Assembly (NCBI GenBank): GCA_013239625.1
Contig: MU054001.1
Span: 1,866,151-1,930,150 of the forward strand
Length of the DNA: 64,000 nt
Source of the DNA: Lama guanicoe
Lineage: Eukaryota
Reading direction: 5' to 3'
Positions 13,346 through 27,540 of this stretch are shown one piece after another (within the stretch, counting starts at the first letter, position 1; each line of letters starts with the position of its first letter). Below the pieces are notes generated by a model, which saw only the letters and a program-made list of their open reading frames with translations, did not search any database and was not told the origin of the DNA. The position numbers and the translations under genes are program-made.

Positions 13346-16300
13346 AGCTAATCCAAGCAGTGCATAGTGTGATAACCAGCTAATATTTTTTGAGTGTCTA
13401 TTTTCTAAGCTCTTTACAAAATTATCCTATTTAATCTTACATCTGTCAGTCACTAAAAGAGATAGGTATGGAACTAAAAGTGTGTAGTTAGTAATTTGCG
13501 GTTAGATTGTTATTTAAAAGAAAGGCAAATGTCTTTATTTTAATAAATGGTGATACAGCAGTTAGAAAAGATTTGGGAAGTTAGATGGGTGCCATGTGTG
13601 AGGACTTAATGCCAGGCCAAGTGAAGACTTTGGGCAGGGACAAACCACACTAAAGCCTACACCAGATTAATCTGGTGTTAAAGAGGGACAAAGCACAGGC
13701 AGTGAAACTACTTTAGGTGAAGAAATCTGCATTCAGTTGAAAAATGTAAAACTAGATTTCAGAAGATACATATTTTGAGAGTGTATGCTACAAAGTGATG
13801 GATGAGGTATGGGACATTACAGGATAAATGAAGTAGAAAATATAGAGTGAGAACACAAGAGAGCTTTGGCCAGAATCCTGGAGAACCTGCATTTGTAGAG
13901 CAAGAGGAAAAAAAAAACAACCCAATAAATTAGAGAAATAATAAGCATTTTAAGACTTTGTAGTGTCCTTGAATCCACAGAAACAGATTCCAGACAAAGT
14001 GATGAACAACAGTATCAAAAATTAAAAGATACTAAACAGGACAAAAACAGATAAAAGATTACAAAGTGGCTGTAAGAAGTAACCAGTATATCCCTTTCTC
14101 TACATTTCAGTAAGTATAGATGGTTTCTCCTTACCAAAAGTACTGTCATCTATGTTTCCCCTTAATATATCACTGAAAGAACTGTCAAATATTTATAATC
14201 TCCCTCATTCCTCTCTTCCCTCAAGATAAAAGGAATCTAAAAGAGATCATAGCAACTCACTTGTCTTCCTCAGATTATGCAAATCCCTTTAATTTATCCC
14301 AGTTTTAGCCAAGATTCTCCCTGAAGGAAAAAGTAAATTTAGAAGGCATGTTAAAACAAAGGTAAGGTAATGAATTAAAACAAATGTCAGAGAGGAACTC
14401 GTAGCTATTTACAGACCACTGCTCCTCAAAGGACATCTTGTCAACTAGAAAATATACAAAATTTGTATGCCCGGTTCAACTAGCAATTTTTTTTTTAAAT
14501 GATAAAACAATAAAGACTTCAGGACATTTTTAATTCTCAAGTCATGATCAAAACTAGAGGGCTAAAACATTTCATTGGGATGTTTTAAGTGAAAATGATT
14601 TTTAAAAATTAAGTAATTTGTCCTAACAATTGGGAAAACTTGAAAAGAATTAGATTTCACATGAAATGTGGAGTTACTATTAATTATCTTCAGTGTGACA
14701 TTGGTTGTGTATAAAATTTTATCTCTTCATTCTTAGGAGATGTAAGATGAAGTATTTACATGGAAAAAAATCTCCTGATGACTAGAATTTACTTTCAAAT
14801 CATACAGCCCCAATCAACAAAATCTATGTACTTATATAAATATAAATAAAGCAAATACGGCAAAATGTTAACAACTTTGTTGAAATGAAAGGGCATTTAT
14901 TTACTATTTTTTCATTTATTAATCCATTTTATTTATTTTTCTGGATACTGAATATTTTTCACTAGAAAAAGAGAGAAAATAACTTGGCCTGATCTACTGC
15001 CACACTAACAACTCACTGGAACATACACACATATTCATAGGACAATTTTACTTTAATCCCCAGAACACAGATAGCTTTGTTTTTAAGAAAATTTTAAAAC
15101 TATACAGTTATCCACAAACTCTTAAAAGTATTTCACAAATCAACAATACTTGAATTGATATATCCAAAGCCCAATGTATGGATAATGATAATGACTTCCA
15201 TAGAGAGAAAAATCTTTCTCCTGGTCATAGACAAGCTAGCTAACTGCACCCCTCACTAATTTACCAGATCTCACAAACAAACTTCACAAATCTGTACCAC
15301 TGCTCATAAAGAAAGCACCTCCCTTTACACTGTCCCCTTCTTTGGGCCGCACAATTTGGAGGGTCTGTTTCCAGCATCACACCTCTCCTCAAGGCCAAAA
15401 GGATGTACCACCACTCTCCTCTTTCTAGAACATGCTCCAAATATGCAGGAATTCTCTACCTAAAACAGTCTCACATCCACCTACAGAGCCCACCTGGGTC
15501 TATTCTCTAAAGGAATTCCTTCATGGCAAGAAACACATCCTGCCTGTAATGTGCATGGTTAGGCCAAAGAGATGGGGAGAACGAGATGGAGCTTGGATAT
15601 GAAGACTGAGAAGTCCACATGTGTTCATGAGGCCCCTCTAGATGCAGGATGGAACCCACTTCTGCCATATTTTGGATGTAGAACTCACAGAGCCCAAAAA
15701 TTTTAAATTCAAACCAAACCTTCTGTTTGTCAAAGAAGGACAGAACATATTTAACAATTTATTGGCTTTATTTACAACTTTTAAATAGTCTGACACACAA
15801 TTTAAGAGCTTTCTTTTGTACTCTTTCCTTGGGACCCACAAATACTAGAGGCAAGCCTGCATAAAAAATGAGTTTAGAAACAGTTATGTAAGGGGAAAAA
15901 ACTAAAAGGGAAACAGAGTCAGGGAATCTCTGCCACTAAAAAGCTATACAGACTTTATACCTGCACCTTAGTTTCTAAGACTATAAAATTTTTCAAAATT
16001 GATTATTAATTAAAGATCCTAGTTCTAAAAATTAAAAAAATCTTTAGCAATGAATCATTAAACAAATTTACTTTATAATTTATAAGGTACTTCCAAATTT
16101 GTCACATTTATTAATCAGAAATACCAAAAATATATATCCACATATTACAGATGAGAAAACTTGCCTAAGACAACTATGATAGTATCAGATCTAGGACTTG
16201 AACCCAGTTCTCCTCACTACAAATTCAGTGCTTTTCCCACTTTACCGAAGAAACTTACATTTGAAAACCCATCTGCAAAAGATTTATTATCCAACACTGA

Positions 16301-17130
16301 AAGTGAGAAATAAATGATAAATGCCAGGAACAGAAATGAAAACTAATTCCTCTTCCTCATAAATAGCTCATTTTTCTGATGATCCCTACAGCACTATAAT
16401 ATCTAAGATGCTATGGGTTTAACTTGAAATGATAAAAAATTATTTTGTAATCAATATTATATAATTATTAAAACAATTAAGTAAAATATTGGGTTATGTA
16501 TTACAAAATCATGAATTTTTTCATCTTCTCAATATCTAGTTTTCTCAAATCTGTATTTAAGTCTTAGGCTACAACTTATAAACTGGTACCATGAATCTAT
16601 TTATAAATTAAAATGCCATAATTAATGCAAGATTATTATGAGGATAAAATGTACTGACATATAAGAAGTATCCAACACAATGCCTGTTTTAGGACAAGGG
16701 CTTACTAAATAACTGTTGAATGATTGAAAAAAATTTTTTTTAATTGCTGAATTTATTTAAATCACTTAAATACATATTATTGAGAAGCCTAAAACCACAC
16801 GTTTCAAACAGTCCAACTCTAAATCATCAGTATAGATCACTAGATGATTCCTAGCATGAGAAGCAGAGTGAAGAGACTGAGCAGAAAAAAACTGATGAGG
16901 GATGTTGAGGGTAGGGGAGTATATATGTGTGGGTGGGGAGGGCTGTATTTTCTGCTCAATCCTGCTGTAAATGTGAAACTGTTCTAAAAAAATAAAGTCT
17001 ATTTTAAAAAAATAAGAAGGCTAAGATACTCAAACAGGTTTTTCATAACATGAGGTCATAAAGTGATAAAACAGGCCCTTGACAATTCACTCTTTAGTCA
17101 AAGGAGTATCTTCTAATTGGCCTCATGGCT

Positions 17131-17638
17131 TGTGGTAAGCAGAATAATGGCCCCCAACGACATCAAATCAACTTTCTAACCCCCCAAATCTGTGACTATG
17201 TTAATTTACATGGCAAACAAAAATTCAGATTGCAAACAGAATTAAGGTTTTTAATCAGCTGATCTTAAAATAGGGGAAGACTATCCCAGATTGTCCATGG
17301 GCCCAATATAATCACAAGGTTCCTTATAAGTGGAAGAAAGAGGCAGAAGAGAGTCATGCAATGAGAAAATGACTTGACTGGCCACTGTTGGAGTTAAAGA
17401 TAGAAGGGAGTTGCACAGAATGTGGGCAGTCCCCATAAACTGGCAAAGGCAAGAAAATGAATTCTCCCTTAGAACTTCTAGAAAGGAACACACAGCCCTG
17501 CCAATACCTTGATTTCAGCTAACTAAGATCCATTTTGAACATCTGACTTTCGGGATTGTTAAGATAATAAATTCATGTTGTTTGAAGATATCAAATATGT
17601 GGTAATTTGTCACAGCAGCAATAAGAAACTGATATACA
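17131..17638 (+). mobile_element. MaLR solo LTR, MLT1D-like, near full length
   Basis: Starts tgtggtaagcagaataatggccccc and ends gtggtaatttgtcacagcagcaataagaaactgatataca (TG...CA). Confidence 0.85.
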
Positions 17639-17684
17639 GGTCACTTCCTGTTTCAGTATTCCCATACTCTAAGGCAACAGAGGA

Positions 17685-17885
17685 TAGTGTGGGCTTCAGA
17701 GTCCAACTGCCTGTATTTGAATCCTTACTCTGACTAAGTGTATGACACTGAACAAGCTATTTAACTATCTATCCTATGCTTCAAGCTCGTATTTGTAAAA
17801 AGAGTAGATGATAAGTTCTACCTCACAGAATTGTTATGAAGATTAAATGAAAAAAAAATATGTAAAGGCATGAACATAACCACTC
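17685..17885 (+). mobile_element. MIR SINE relic
   Basis: gggcttcagagtc...tttgaatcc...tacctcacagaattgttatgaagattaaatga. Confidence 0.65.
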
Positions 17886-18412
17886 AGTACTTATTAGATA
17901 TTTATATTTTTATATTTATTCATAATTGTATAAATCTTCAAAGGAAAGTTTGTACATTTACCTTAATTTTCTAGGAATCTGTCTAATCATAGTTACACAC
18001 AATAATTTATCTATAAAGATATTCATCATACTATCCAAGAAAAATAAACTGGTCAAATAAATTATGGTACTTATGCATTATAAATTATTATACCATCATT
18101 AAATGGTGTTCTAAGTCTTCCAATTAAGGCCAAGATGGAGTAATAGGAACTAGATCTACCCTCATGCTTAAAACAACTTATATAGAAGCACAATGTTCAA
18201 CAACAAAAGCACAAAGGTCAGCACCAGTGGGTGGTGGCGGCAGGGGAGGAGGAAATACACTGTCATATCATTCACACAATATATGTGAAGAAGTATATTA
18301 TAAATGAAGGTAAACTAGGATAGGTTAAAGATGTATACTATTAATTTTAAAGCAACTATTAAAATAACACAACCAAGAGTACTAAACAGTAACTCAACAA
18401 AAGTTTACTTTG

Positions 18413-19079
18413 TGTGCCAGTTGTCAATTTATCACCTCGCAGATTTAAATCTATACTTCATTGTTTGCTCTGCAACAATGGAGTTGAAACTTGTACACAT
18501 TTTTCCTTTGTCAGTGGCATAATGTTAAGCTTTGTTAGTAGGGGACACTGGAAGATTACTGGAGATGAAGGGTTCAGTTCCTGGTTCCAGTGTGTTCTCT
18601 TCAGCAGGGAACAGAAGAATGCAGCAAACAGCAGAACACAAAATCACCCCATGGTTAACTTCCCACGATATCTTCTTAGGCAGCTTCACAGCAAGTTTTG
18701 AATCATAACACCTGTCTATAGGCATCATCCCCTTGTAACTAAAAGAACAGATTCCCACTAAGGCTCACTAACATGATACTGCAACAAACTTCTCTAACAT
18801 GCAGTGCTCCATGGTTATGACCTCCAAGAGGTCTGGATTGCAGCCCCGATGAGAAGGGCATGTCCAAGATTTGTTCTTTCCCTGAGTATTTTTTGTCCAT
18901 TCTAGAGGTAGTGGCTTCTCCATTTATCTGCTCTTTTGTGCTCTTTAAAATTCTATTTATGCTTTAGTAGCCAATTTCACATTAGTCCAATCCTGTGTCA
19001 GTTAATACTTATTATTTAAAATTTCCCTGCTCATATTACTGTGTAGTTTCTGTCTCTACATTGGACTGTGGCTGGTACA
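18413..19079 (-). mobile_element. ERVL-class solo LTR (MER74-like; family uncertain)
   Basis: A ~670-bp TG...CA-bounded block interrupts the L1. The minus strand starts tgtaccagccacagtccaatgtagagacagaaactacacagtaat. Confidence 0.55.
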
Positions 19080-19178
19080 AGTGAGATAATAAAAATTACT
19101 GTTAATCCAAAAACAGGCAGAAAATAAGGGAAAGAGGAACAAAGAATAGATGGAAGAAATACAAAATTAATAGCAAGA

Positions 19179-20179
19179 CATACAAATGGCCAACAGGTAC
19201 CTGAAAAATGCTCAATATGCTAATTATCAGAGAAATACAAATCAAAACTACAATGAGGTATCACCTCACACTAGTCAGAATGGCCATCATGCAAAAGTCC
19301 ACAAAGGATAAACACTAGAGAGGGTGTGTTGAAAAGGGAATCTTTCTACACTGCTGTTGGGAATGTAGTTTTCCATTTGAAAAACAGTATGGAAATTCCT
19401 CAGAAAACTAAAACGACTTACCATATGATCCAGCAATCACACTCCTAGGCATATATCGGGAGGGAACTCTAATTCAAAAAGATACATGCACCCCAATATT
19501 CACAGCAGCACTATTTACAATAGCCAAGACATGGAAGCAACCTAAATGTCCATCAACAAATGACTGAATGAAGAAATTGTTGGGGGAGGGTCTAGCTTAC
19601 TGGTAGAGTACTTACTTAGTATGCATGAGGTCCTGGGTTCAATCCCTGGTACCTCTGTTAAAGAAATAAACTTAATTACCTCCTCTCTAAGAAAAAAAAA
19701 TTTTTTTTAAAGTGGTATATTAATACAATGGAATACTACTCAGTGATAGAAAAGAATGAAATAATGCTATTTGCAGCAATATGAATGGATCTGGAGATCC
19801 AGAAGAGAAAGAAAAATATCATATGATATTACTCATATGTGGAATCCGGAAAAACAAAAAGAAGAAGAAAAGAAAAAAGAGGACAATAATGAACTCATCT
19901 ATAAAACAGAAACAGACTTGCCAAAAGAGTAAATAATCTTATGGTTACTGGGGGAAAGGTAGTGAGAAGGGATAAATTTGGGAATTTGAGATTTGCAAAT
20001 GTTAACCACTATATATAAAAACAGATAAAAAACAGATTTCTTCTGTATAGCACAATATCTTGTAATAGCTTTTAATGAAAAAGAGTATCAAAATGAATAG
20101 ATGTATATATATGCACCACTGGGACATTACGCTATACACCAGAAATTGATACACTGTAACTGACCATACTTCAGTTAAA
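19179..20179 (+). mobile_element. Lineage-specific 5'-truncated L1 (~1 kb including an internal SINE)
   Basis: ORF2 end plus 3'UTR, with a perfect 16-bp TSD aaaattaatagcaaga (19163-19178 and 20180-20195). Confidence 0.9.
19582..19710 (+). mobile_element. tRNA-Ala-derived SINE (vic-1-like) nested in an L1
   Basis: gggggagggtctagcttactggtagag...gaggtcctgggttcaatccctggtacctc...aaataaacttaattacc is homologous to 1116-1286. Confidence 0.88.
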
Positions 20180-23100
20180 AAAATTAATAGCAAGATGGTA
20201 GGTTTAAACACACCAATATAATTAATCACATTATATATAAATGGTTTAATCACCTTCATTATAAAATAGATTGTTTAACTAGATAAAAAAGAGAAGAATC
20301 AATTTTATGTTGCCTACAAGAAAGCCACTTTAAATATAAAAACACAAATAGGTTAAAAGTAAAAGGATAGAAAAAGACATGCCATGCTAAAACAAACAGA
20401 AAACAGAAGTGACAATATCAATATCAAACAAAGGAGGTATCAGAGCAAAGAATAAATAAATGTAAAGCTCGAATGTAAGGTATAGACCAAATCTATATAA
20501 ATGTAAACAAGTTCAAAACATAAACATTTTCTCTGATCACAATGAAGTTAAATTAGAAATCAGTATCAGAAAAGTATCTGAAAAAATATTCAAATACTTA
20601 TAAATTAAATAATCACACTTCTAAATAACTCACAGGTCAAATAAGAAATCAAAGGGGGAATTCAAAAGCTTTTGAAACTGAATAAAAATGAAACAATAAA
20701 AATGTGAAATGTAGCTAAAACAGCACTTAATGGGAAATGTATAGTATCAAACATCTAGATCAGAAGAGCTCCATCAATGATCCCAATCTTCACCTTTAAA
20801 AAAGAGTAAACTAAACCCAAAGTAAGCAAAAGAAAGAAAATAAAAATAGCAGATACCAGTGAAATATAAAGCAAGAAACAAGAGAAAATCAATGAAACTC
20901 CATAAAATTGATAATTCTCTACCACAATGATCAGCAAAAAAAGAGAAGATATTAATTACCATTATCAGAAGTGCACTGTACAAACTACTGTAGACATTGA
21001 AAGAATAATAAGGAAAACGTTATGACAATAAAATTGACAACTTAGATGAAATTCTCAGAGAAGTATCTTGAAAAGCACAAACTACCAAAAGCTCACTCAC
21101 ACATAAATAGCATAAGAGACATATGCCTATTTAAGAAATTAAACTTGTAATTAAAAACATTTCCCAAAATAAAAGTTCAGGCCAAGATGGCTTCAACAGT
21201 GATTTCTACAAACTTTTAAGGAAAACATAAACTTCTACATGAAAATGTAAGAAAAAATCTTCATGACTATAAGGTAGGCATAGATTTCTTAAATATGATG
21301 TAAGTACAGTCTATAAAAAAAGTAATGAGTGGGACTTTTTCAGAACTAAAAACTTTTGCTCCTCAAAATGCATTATTAAAAAAGGCAAGCCACAGACTGG
21401 GAGAAAATATTTGTAAAACATATAATACTACAATTCAATAATAAAAAGTCTAATAAATTTTTCAAATGGGCAAAAAATTTCACCAAAGAAGTTATGTGGA
21501 TGGGAATAAGCACATGAAAAGATATTCAACATCAAGAATGAGTAAAGCAATGCAAATTAAAATCACAATAAGATATTACTACTCACTGGTCAGAATGGTT
21601 TAAATTATTAAGTCTATAAAAGTTATTTGCTTACAAAGACTGTACACAAATGTTCAAAGCATCCTTATTCCCCAAAACTAGAAATAATATCCACCAATAA
21701 GAAAAGGAATAAATAAATTGTGGCATATCTATATAATGGAATACTACTTAGTAATTAAAATGAATGAAATATTATACCTACAACTACTGGATGAATCTCA
21801 AAATAACTATGCTGAGTAAAAGAAGCGACATTTAAAGAGCATACATAAGATATTATCCCATTATATAAAATACTACAAAATCCCAACTGATCTATAGTGA
21901 CAGAAATAAGATCAGTGGTTGTCTCAGCAGTGACAGAGGGAGGGGTGAGAATGGAAGAAAGGATTACAAAGAAGCAACAGGGAATTTTGAGGGGTGATAA
22001 ATATGTTCATTATCTTGATTGTGATGATGGTTTCCCAGGTATATACATGTCAAAATTAATCAAATTGCATACTTTAAATATGTTCAGATCATTATATATC
22101 AAGTATACCTAAATTAAGGTGAAAATTTGATATAGAAAACAAAAAGGTAAATGAGTATAGAGTGTCAGATGAAAAGCATACAACCCCAAAATACAAAAAG
22201 TGATTATTTCTAGTTGATGGGATTAGTGGTGGTTTTCTTGTTTGTGCACTCTAAATTTTTTCTAAATAATTTCAGTGGACCTGTTTTACTTTTATAGTTG
22301 TCAAATGTCCATATCTCTTCACATACTAGGCAGTCAATAGATACTTAAACTAAACTGTTTTCATTAACAAATTTAAAATCGTATGAATTCTCAAAGGAGA
22401 CACATACATATTATCTTACAAAGCAAGGTAAAACTTTAGTATCCACCACCATTTTAGATTATTTATATATTATGTCTATGGATATACTGACTTACTACAT
22501 TATTTAAGAGGCTCATGTATATTTGGAATATGGGTCTTATTTCCTTCATGAGTTACAAAAAAAAGCAGAATGCCTTATATAGTGTCTTACATATGACAGG
22601 TGTTCCACATATATTTATTGAATTCATCAACAAATGAATGTCTTATAGCTGTCTTAGAATTACAACTACGTCAGTGCTTAGCACATAGTATGTTCTCAAA
22701 AGTTTGTATTCAACTTTTTAAAAACTTTAAATCCCTCTATTCAATATAAGTTTAACTTAAATCAAATACCAAGCAAGGACCACTTCTTATTTCACACATA
22801 GCACAGCATCATGCAAACTCAAAGATGTTGACAAAGTACTTATGAAACTGAATCCAAAATATCTGAAATCGCAAGCTTCCAGCATAAAAACATAACTAAG
22901 AAATTACACAATAGTACTCAGATCCTGTGGCATTACATAGGATAAGTAAAGCAAATGAGCTCCTTGAAGAAATGGCCAATTACAGGTCTGAGGCAGGGAA
23001 ATTAAACATATCTTCTTACACCAGAAAGCAGAATTACTTAAAGACTAATGAGGACATGTTAAAAGGGCATAGAGTTGGCTTGAAAAGATTCCCACTGGCA

Positions 23101-26100
23101 AAATATTCAAAAAGAATAAGAATGGCAATGGATTATAACATATTCAATTTTTTTTTTAATCATGGGTCCAACTCTTTGTAGAAAAATCCCATCTGTTAAT
23201 TACAAAGGGGTAAATGTACTTACTACTAAGCGATAAAATTCAGCATCACCAAAATGGGGGAAACTAAAATCACGTCTCCTAATGTGATCCAACAAAAGTA
23301 CACAAAATCAACTTCGTAGTGCTCTTACCAAGAAATATGTAACTTTGAATTATGAAGAAACAATTAGATAAACACAGACAATGGGTCTGGACTTTTTAAA
23401 AATGTTGGTGTCAGGAAAGAACAACAAAAAGCACGGAAAGCCTGTACTAGGTTAAAAAAGATTAAAGAGACATAATAACTAACATCAATGCCTGACTTTG
23501 GATCCTGGATTTTAAAACAAACATCTATAAAGATTATTGGGATAATTTAAGAAATTTGAATTTCAATTACCTAATACCCTGTTATTGATGATGCTAAGTT
23601 TTATCACTTTGTAAAAGTAACTTTAAAATAAAAAGAGTGAGAAAGCAAATGGGGCAAAAAATTAACAACTACTGAGTCTATATGAATGGTATATGGATGA
23701 ACATTGTATTATTCTTTCAACTTTTCTGTATGCTTAAACGTTTTCAAAATAAAAAGTTGGGAAAAATAAATCTGGCAATATAATCTTTTAAGTGTAATAT
23801 ACCTCTCGGTAACTAGTTACTTCTTTTCACAGAAAAAAATAGTACTCAAGGTTCAGTCACGTAACAGTTTTTTTTTTTAACAGTTTTGTGGTAGTTTGTA
23901 ATAAATTTAAGTAGACTAGAAGTTTTACACAAAAGGGCCTGCCTTCTTGGCTCTGCCATTTACAAGAGCCATTGGACTTTAGACAGTTGTATATTATATG
24001 TACATACATTATAATATGATATATAAAATGTATATGAAGAATCAAATAATTACAATTGCCAAAATGTCATGAAATAAAAGCGCTGATGTATAAACTTGGA
24101 GAAATACCTTCTTTAAACTGGATTGGTCAAAGAACTTGTTTATCACTTATTCCAAATCACTTAGTTGGAGGACTAAGGGAAGTGCTAGAATCCAGTGTCA
24201 ATTGAAACTGAATCAGAAATGAAAAGAGAACACCTCTGAAATTATAAAATAGATCAATAGGAAAGTATGACTTAATTCTCAGTTTGAGTTCTTCAAAAGC
24301 AAAGGACCATATCTGATTCATTTTTGCAAACTCAGTGCCCAGAATAATCTCTTACACCTGGTAGACATCTAGTAAATTAAATACTGAACAAATAAAAGAC
24401 CAAAAATGCAACATTTCCAAAAACAGATATTATATAAAATTCAGTTATTCATATATACACAGTTTATATCCACATTTGACAAATATAACAGGGGTGCATT
24501 TTTTAACACTAAAAATATAGTTTAAAACTTAAGATACATTAAAAGATACACGTGCAAAAAAACCCCAGAAACTTAGAAAATATTTCTCAATTTGGACACA
24601 ACCAGTTGTAAATATATTTTATAACACAATACGTTAATTGTTTAAGTGTCTGATCATCTGATCATAGTGTGGTATCATTCTCATTTCTGATCACCCTTAA
24701 ACATTATAGAGTTTAAACTATAAGAAAGGAATGTGCTAACTAGTTATGTGATAGCAAGCAAAATGACCTAACACTGTTTTTGCTTTTTGTATGAGGATAG
24801 AGTAAAATCTTATTCAGCTCTAAAATTCTACAATTCCATGAAATGTTCAGTGTAAACCTGTACTGTTTTCAGGTATACAAACATATATTCATGTAGGAAA
24901 AATCCTTGCTTAAGGATTGTCCTTAGCCATTATTATCTCGTAATAACATTAATGGAATGTAATCCATAAATACTGACTATGTTGCACACCTGAAACTAAT
25001 ATTGTAAATCAACTAAACTTCAACACACAAACACACAAAAGATTGCCTCCTTCGGTAATTTGTAAGGTATTACTCGCATAGTAAGTGTACAAGGTATTAT
25101 TTGCATAGTTGACCATAGTAAATTACCAGATTTTAACTGAAAACTGCAATCAAAGCTTCCTATTTGTTTACTATCTCTTCAGATATATTACCCACACCAT
25201 ATTGTGCTAAAATATTTCCTTAATTTAAAATCATTTCAGTCCAATTGCCCAAATAAAGAAACTTAATCTCCCAAATTTAAGTATTCCAAAACAGCTATAT
25301 ATTATCATAACACGAATAAAGTTTGATGGCTTAGTAGACCCTAACACTTTTTTTTCAATTTCAGACATTTGTAATTATAAGTAAGTAACTGAGCAGTCCT
25401 AAGGTATCTGGGATTGTACCTCATCAATGAAATTAAATATAACATACACCTGTAATTTATATAATATTGTACATCAACTTCACTTCAATAAAAGAAGACA
25501 GCAAGAGTTTAAAAAAATTAAATACAACAAAATTTTGTTAGACCTACTTTGAAGTTTGGCTTCAGTCTCATGCTCTTCACACTGCACTAATGCAAAAATT
25601 TCTCACCAATTGCTGCCTCTTCCCCACCTCTGGAATTCACTTCCTGTTCACCTCTCACCCTAAGTATGCATGTCAGAAGTCAACAGCCTTAACGCTACTA
25701 TTAACAACTAGAGCTTCTGTTACTCAGTGTGGAGCTCAATCCTTCCACAATACAGTACATAGTTTAATAATTAAGATCATATTTTAGAACTAGTTAATAC
25801 CCCACAGATTTCCCAGTCCACACAGAACATTTTAATCTAGAAGATTTGACAGAAAGGTCAAAACCAAAAACCAGTCTACTTTAACTGAAAACTAACTAAA
25901 AGGGAAATTCCTGTATAGAATGTCTATTTTGTGTTTTGGCTTAGAAAACTAAGACTTTTGAAACTTCTTATAAGCAATACCATGCCAAATGCATAAAGAT
26001 TTAAACAAATTTTGATAAACAGAGGGCTGGTAATTTATAAGAATTTAAATTATTCAATGAAACAACCTAAATATTACTTAAGTAGTTTTTTCCCTTCTTT

Positions 26101-27289
26101 TGGTCTAGGGCATTAAGTGGAGTGACAAGTTTTTTAACTATTTGTTATCTGTTGATTTTTTGACTTAGGAAAAGTTGCCACTATTTAAAAAAAGAAAACC
26201 AAAAAAACTAACAAAGAGCTTGGAATCCTCTGAATGCAATGGGTATAAGCAAAGTATAGCAAATTCCTTGCTTTAGTTTTCCACAGGTTCTCCTCTCTTT
26301 TCAATAATAATTTCACTTACGTGCAAAATTAGCTATGTTTCTGCTTAAGATAACTTTCAAATACCTAATGAGTTCCAATAAATTCTTAAGTGAGGGTAAC
26401 TCCTGGAGGTGTAACAATAACCACTACAAATTTGAACATACAAGACCTCCCTATAAAAATCAAAGATTTCTTTTCATTTTTTTCCTAACTGAGCATTCTA
26501 CCACCATCACCATCACCATCACCCTCAATGGGGTGGGGGAGCCACATAATTAAAGCTTTTGATGCTTAACAGAATACATTTCAACTGTCTGGAAAATTTA
26601 CTCATCTATAATAAATAATTCCCTGACATTGCTGGATAGCAGAGAACATGTTATATTTCTTTACCTTTCTTCATTATTTGTAATTGCCACTCAGGAGCTA
26701 AATTAGACAACATGAATGTAACCCAAAATTACAACCAGAAAATGAAAGAGTTGAAAGGAACCTACCAAATATGTCCATTTTCCACCCACTATAGGAACTC
26801 CTTCTGTGACACATCTGAGCTTTTCCCTGCTTTCAATGAAAGAGCTTTATTTAAACTTCCTTACACTAATCTGTTTTTCTGTGACTTCCACTAAGTAGAT
26901 GTAAAATTCTGACCTCTAAAGTCCTTCAGATATTTGAAGATAATTATCAGGTTTACTTTTAGGGCATTTGTTATCATCTTAAACACAATCTTCTTAGAAA
27001 AATGTCAAAACACTTTAGGAAGCAATAACTATTTCAGTTTACTTTTTTTTTCTTTCTTTGTTTTGGGGTTGTTTTTCCCTCTGATAATAAATAAACTATC
27101 TGCCAATACAGCTAGAAAACATAAGATGAGTGGTCTTCACTTAGAAATTCTAAAGCAAGTTTTTGCCTCATCAGTAAGGTAGATTTTTGAAGGGGTAGGA
27201 GATAGGGTGAGTAGGGAGAAATCATTTGGTATGTCATTGTTATTTATTACAGTGTATTAACATACTTTGAAGTAAAATGAAAGTAGTTA

Positions 27290-27540
27290 AGACCATATAT
27301 AATGGAGTCAAATCTGATTTGAATTCAGTTTAGCCACTGGCTGTGTGACTTGGGGTATATTACTTAATTTCTCTGTATCTCAGCTTCCTTCCATGTAAAC
27401 TGAAGGAAATAACTGAATCCAAATAAAAGGATTGTTGTAAAGGATCAGCTGTAAAGGATCAACATGTTAACAATCCATGTTAAGTATTTAGAACAGCGTT
27501 TGGTACAAATATAGTGCTCTATCACAGTGCTAATTATTCA
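27290..27540 (+). mobile_element. MIR SINE relic
   Basis: ggctgtgtgacttggggt...ttacttaatttctctgtatctcagcttcct...tgtaaa core. Confidence 0.7.

Larger units (their letters stand above)
18110..22120 (+). mobile_element. Old, internally deleted L1M hosting younger insertions
   Basis: The inter-ORF/endonuclease region (tgttgcctacaagaaagccactttaaatataaa), ORF2 motifs (tctgatcacaatgaagttaaattagaaatca) and a 3' end resume collinearly around the inserts. Confidence 0.7.

Noticed and set aside
15290..15860. More GC-balanced block as a possible exon or pseudogene
   Set aside because: No credible ORF or splice pair. The right end resembles an old hAT-type DNA transposon terminus, but the family could not be assigned.
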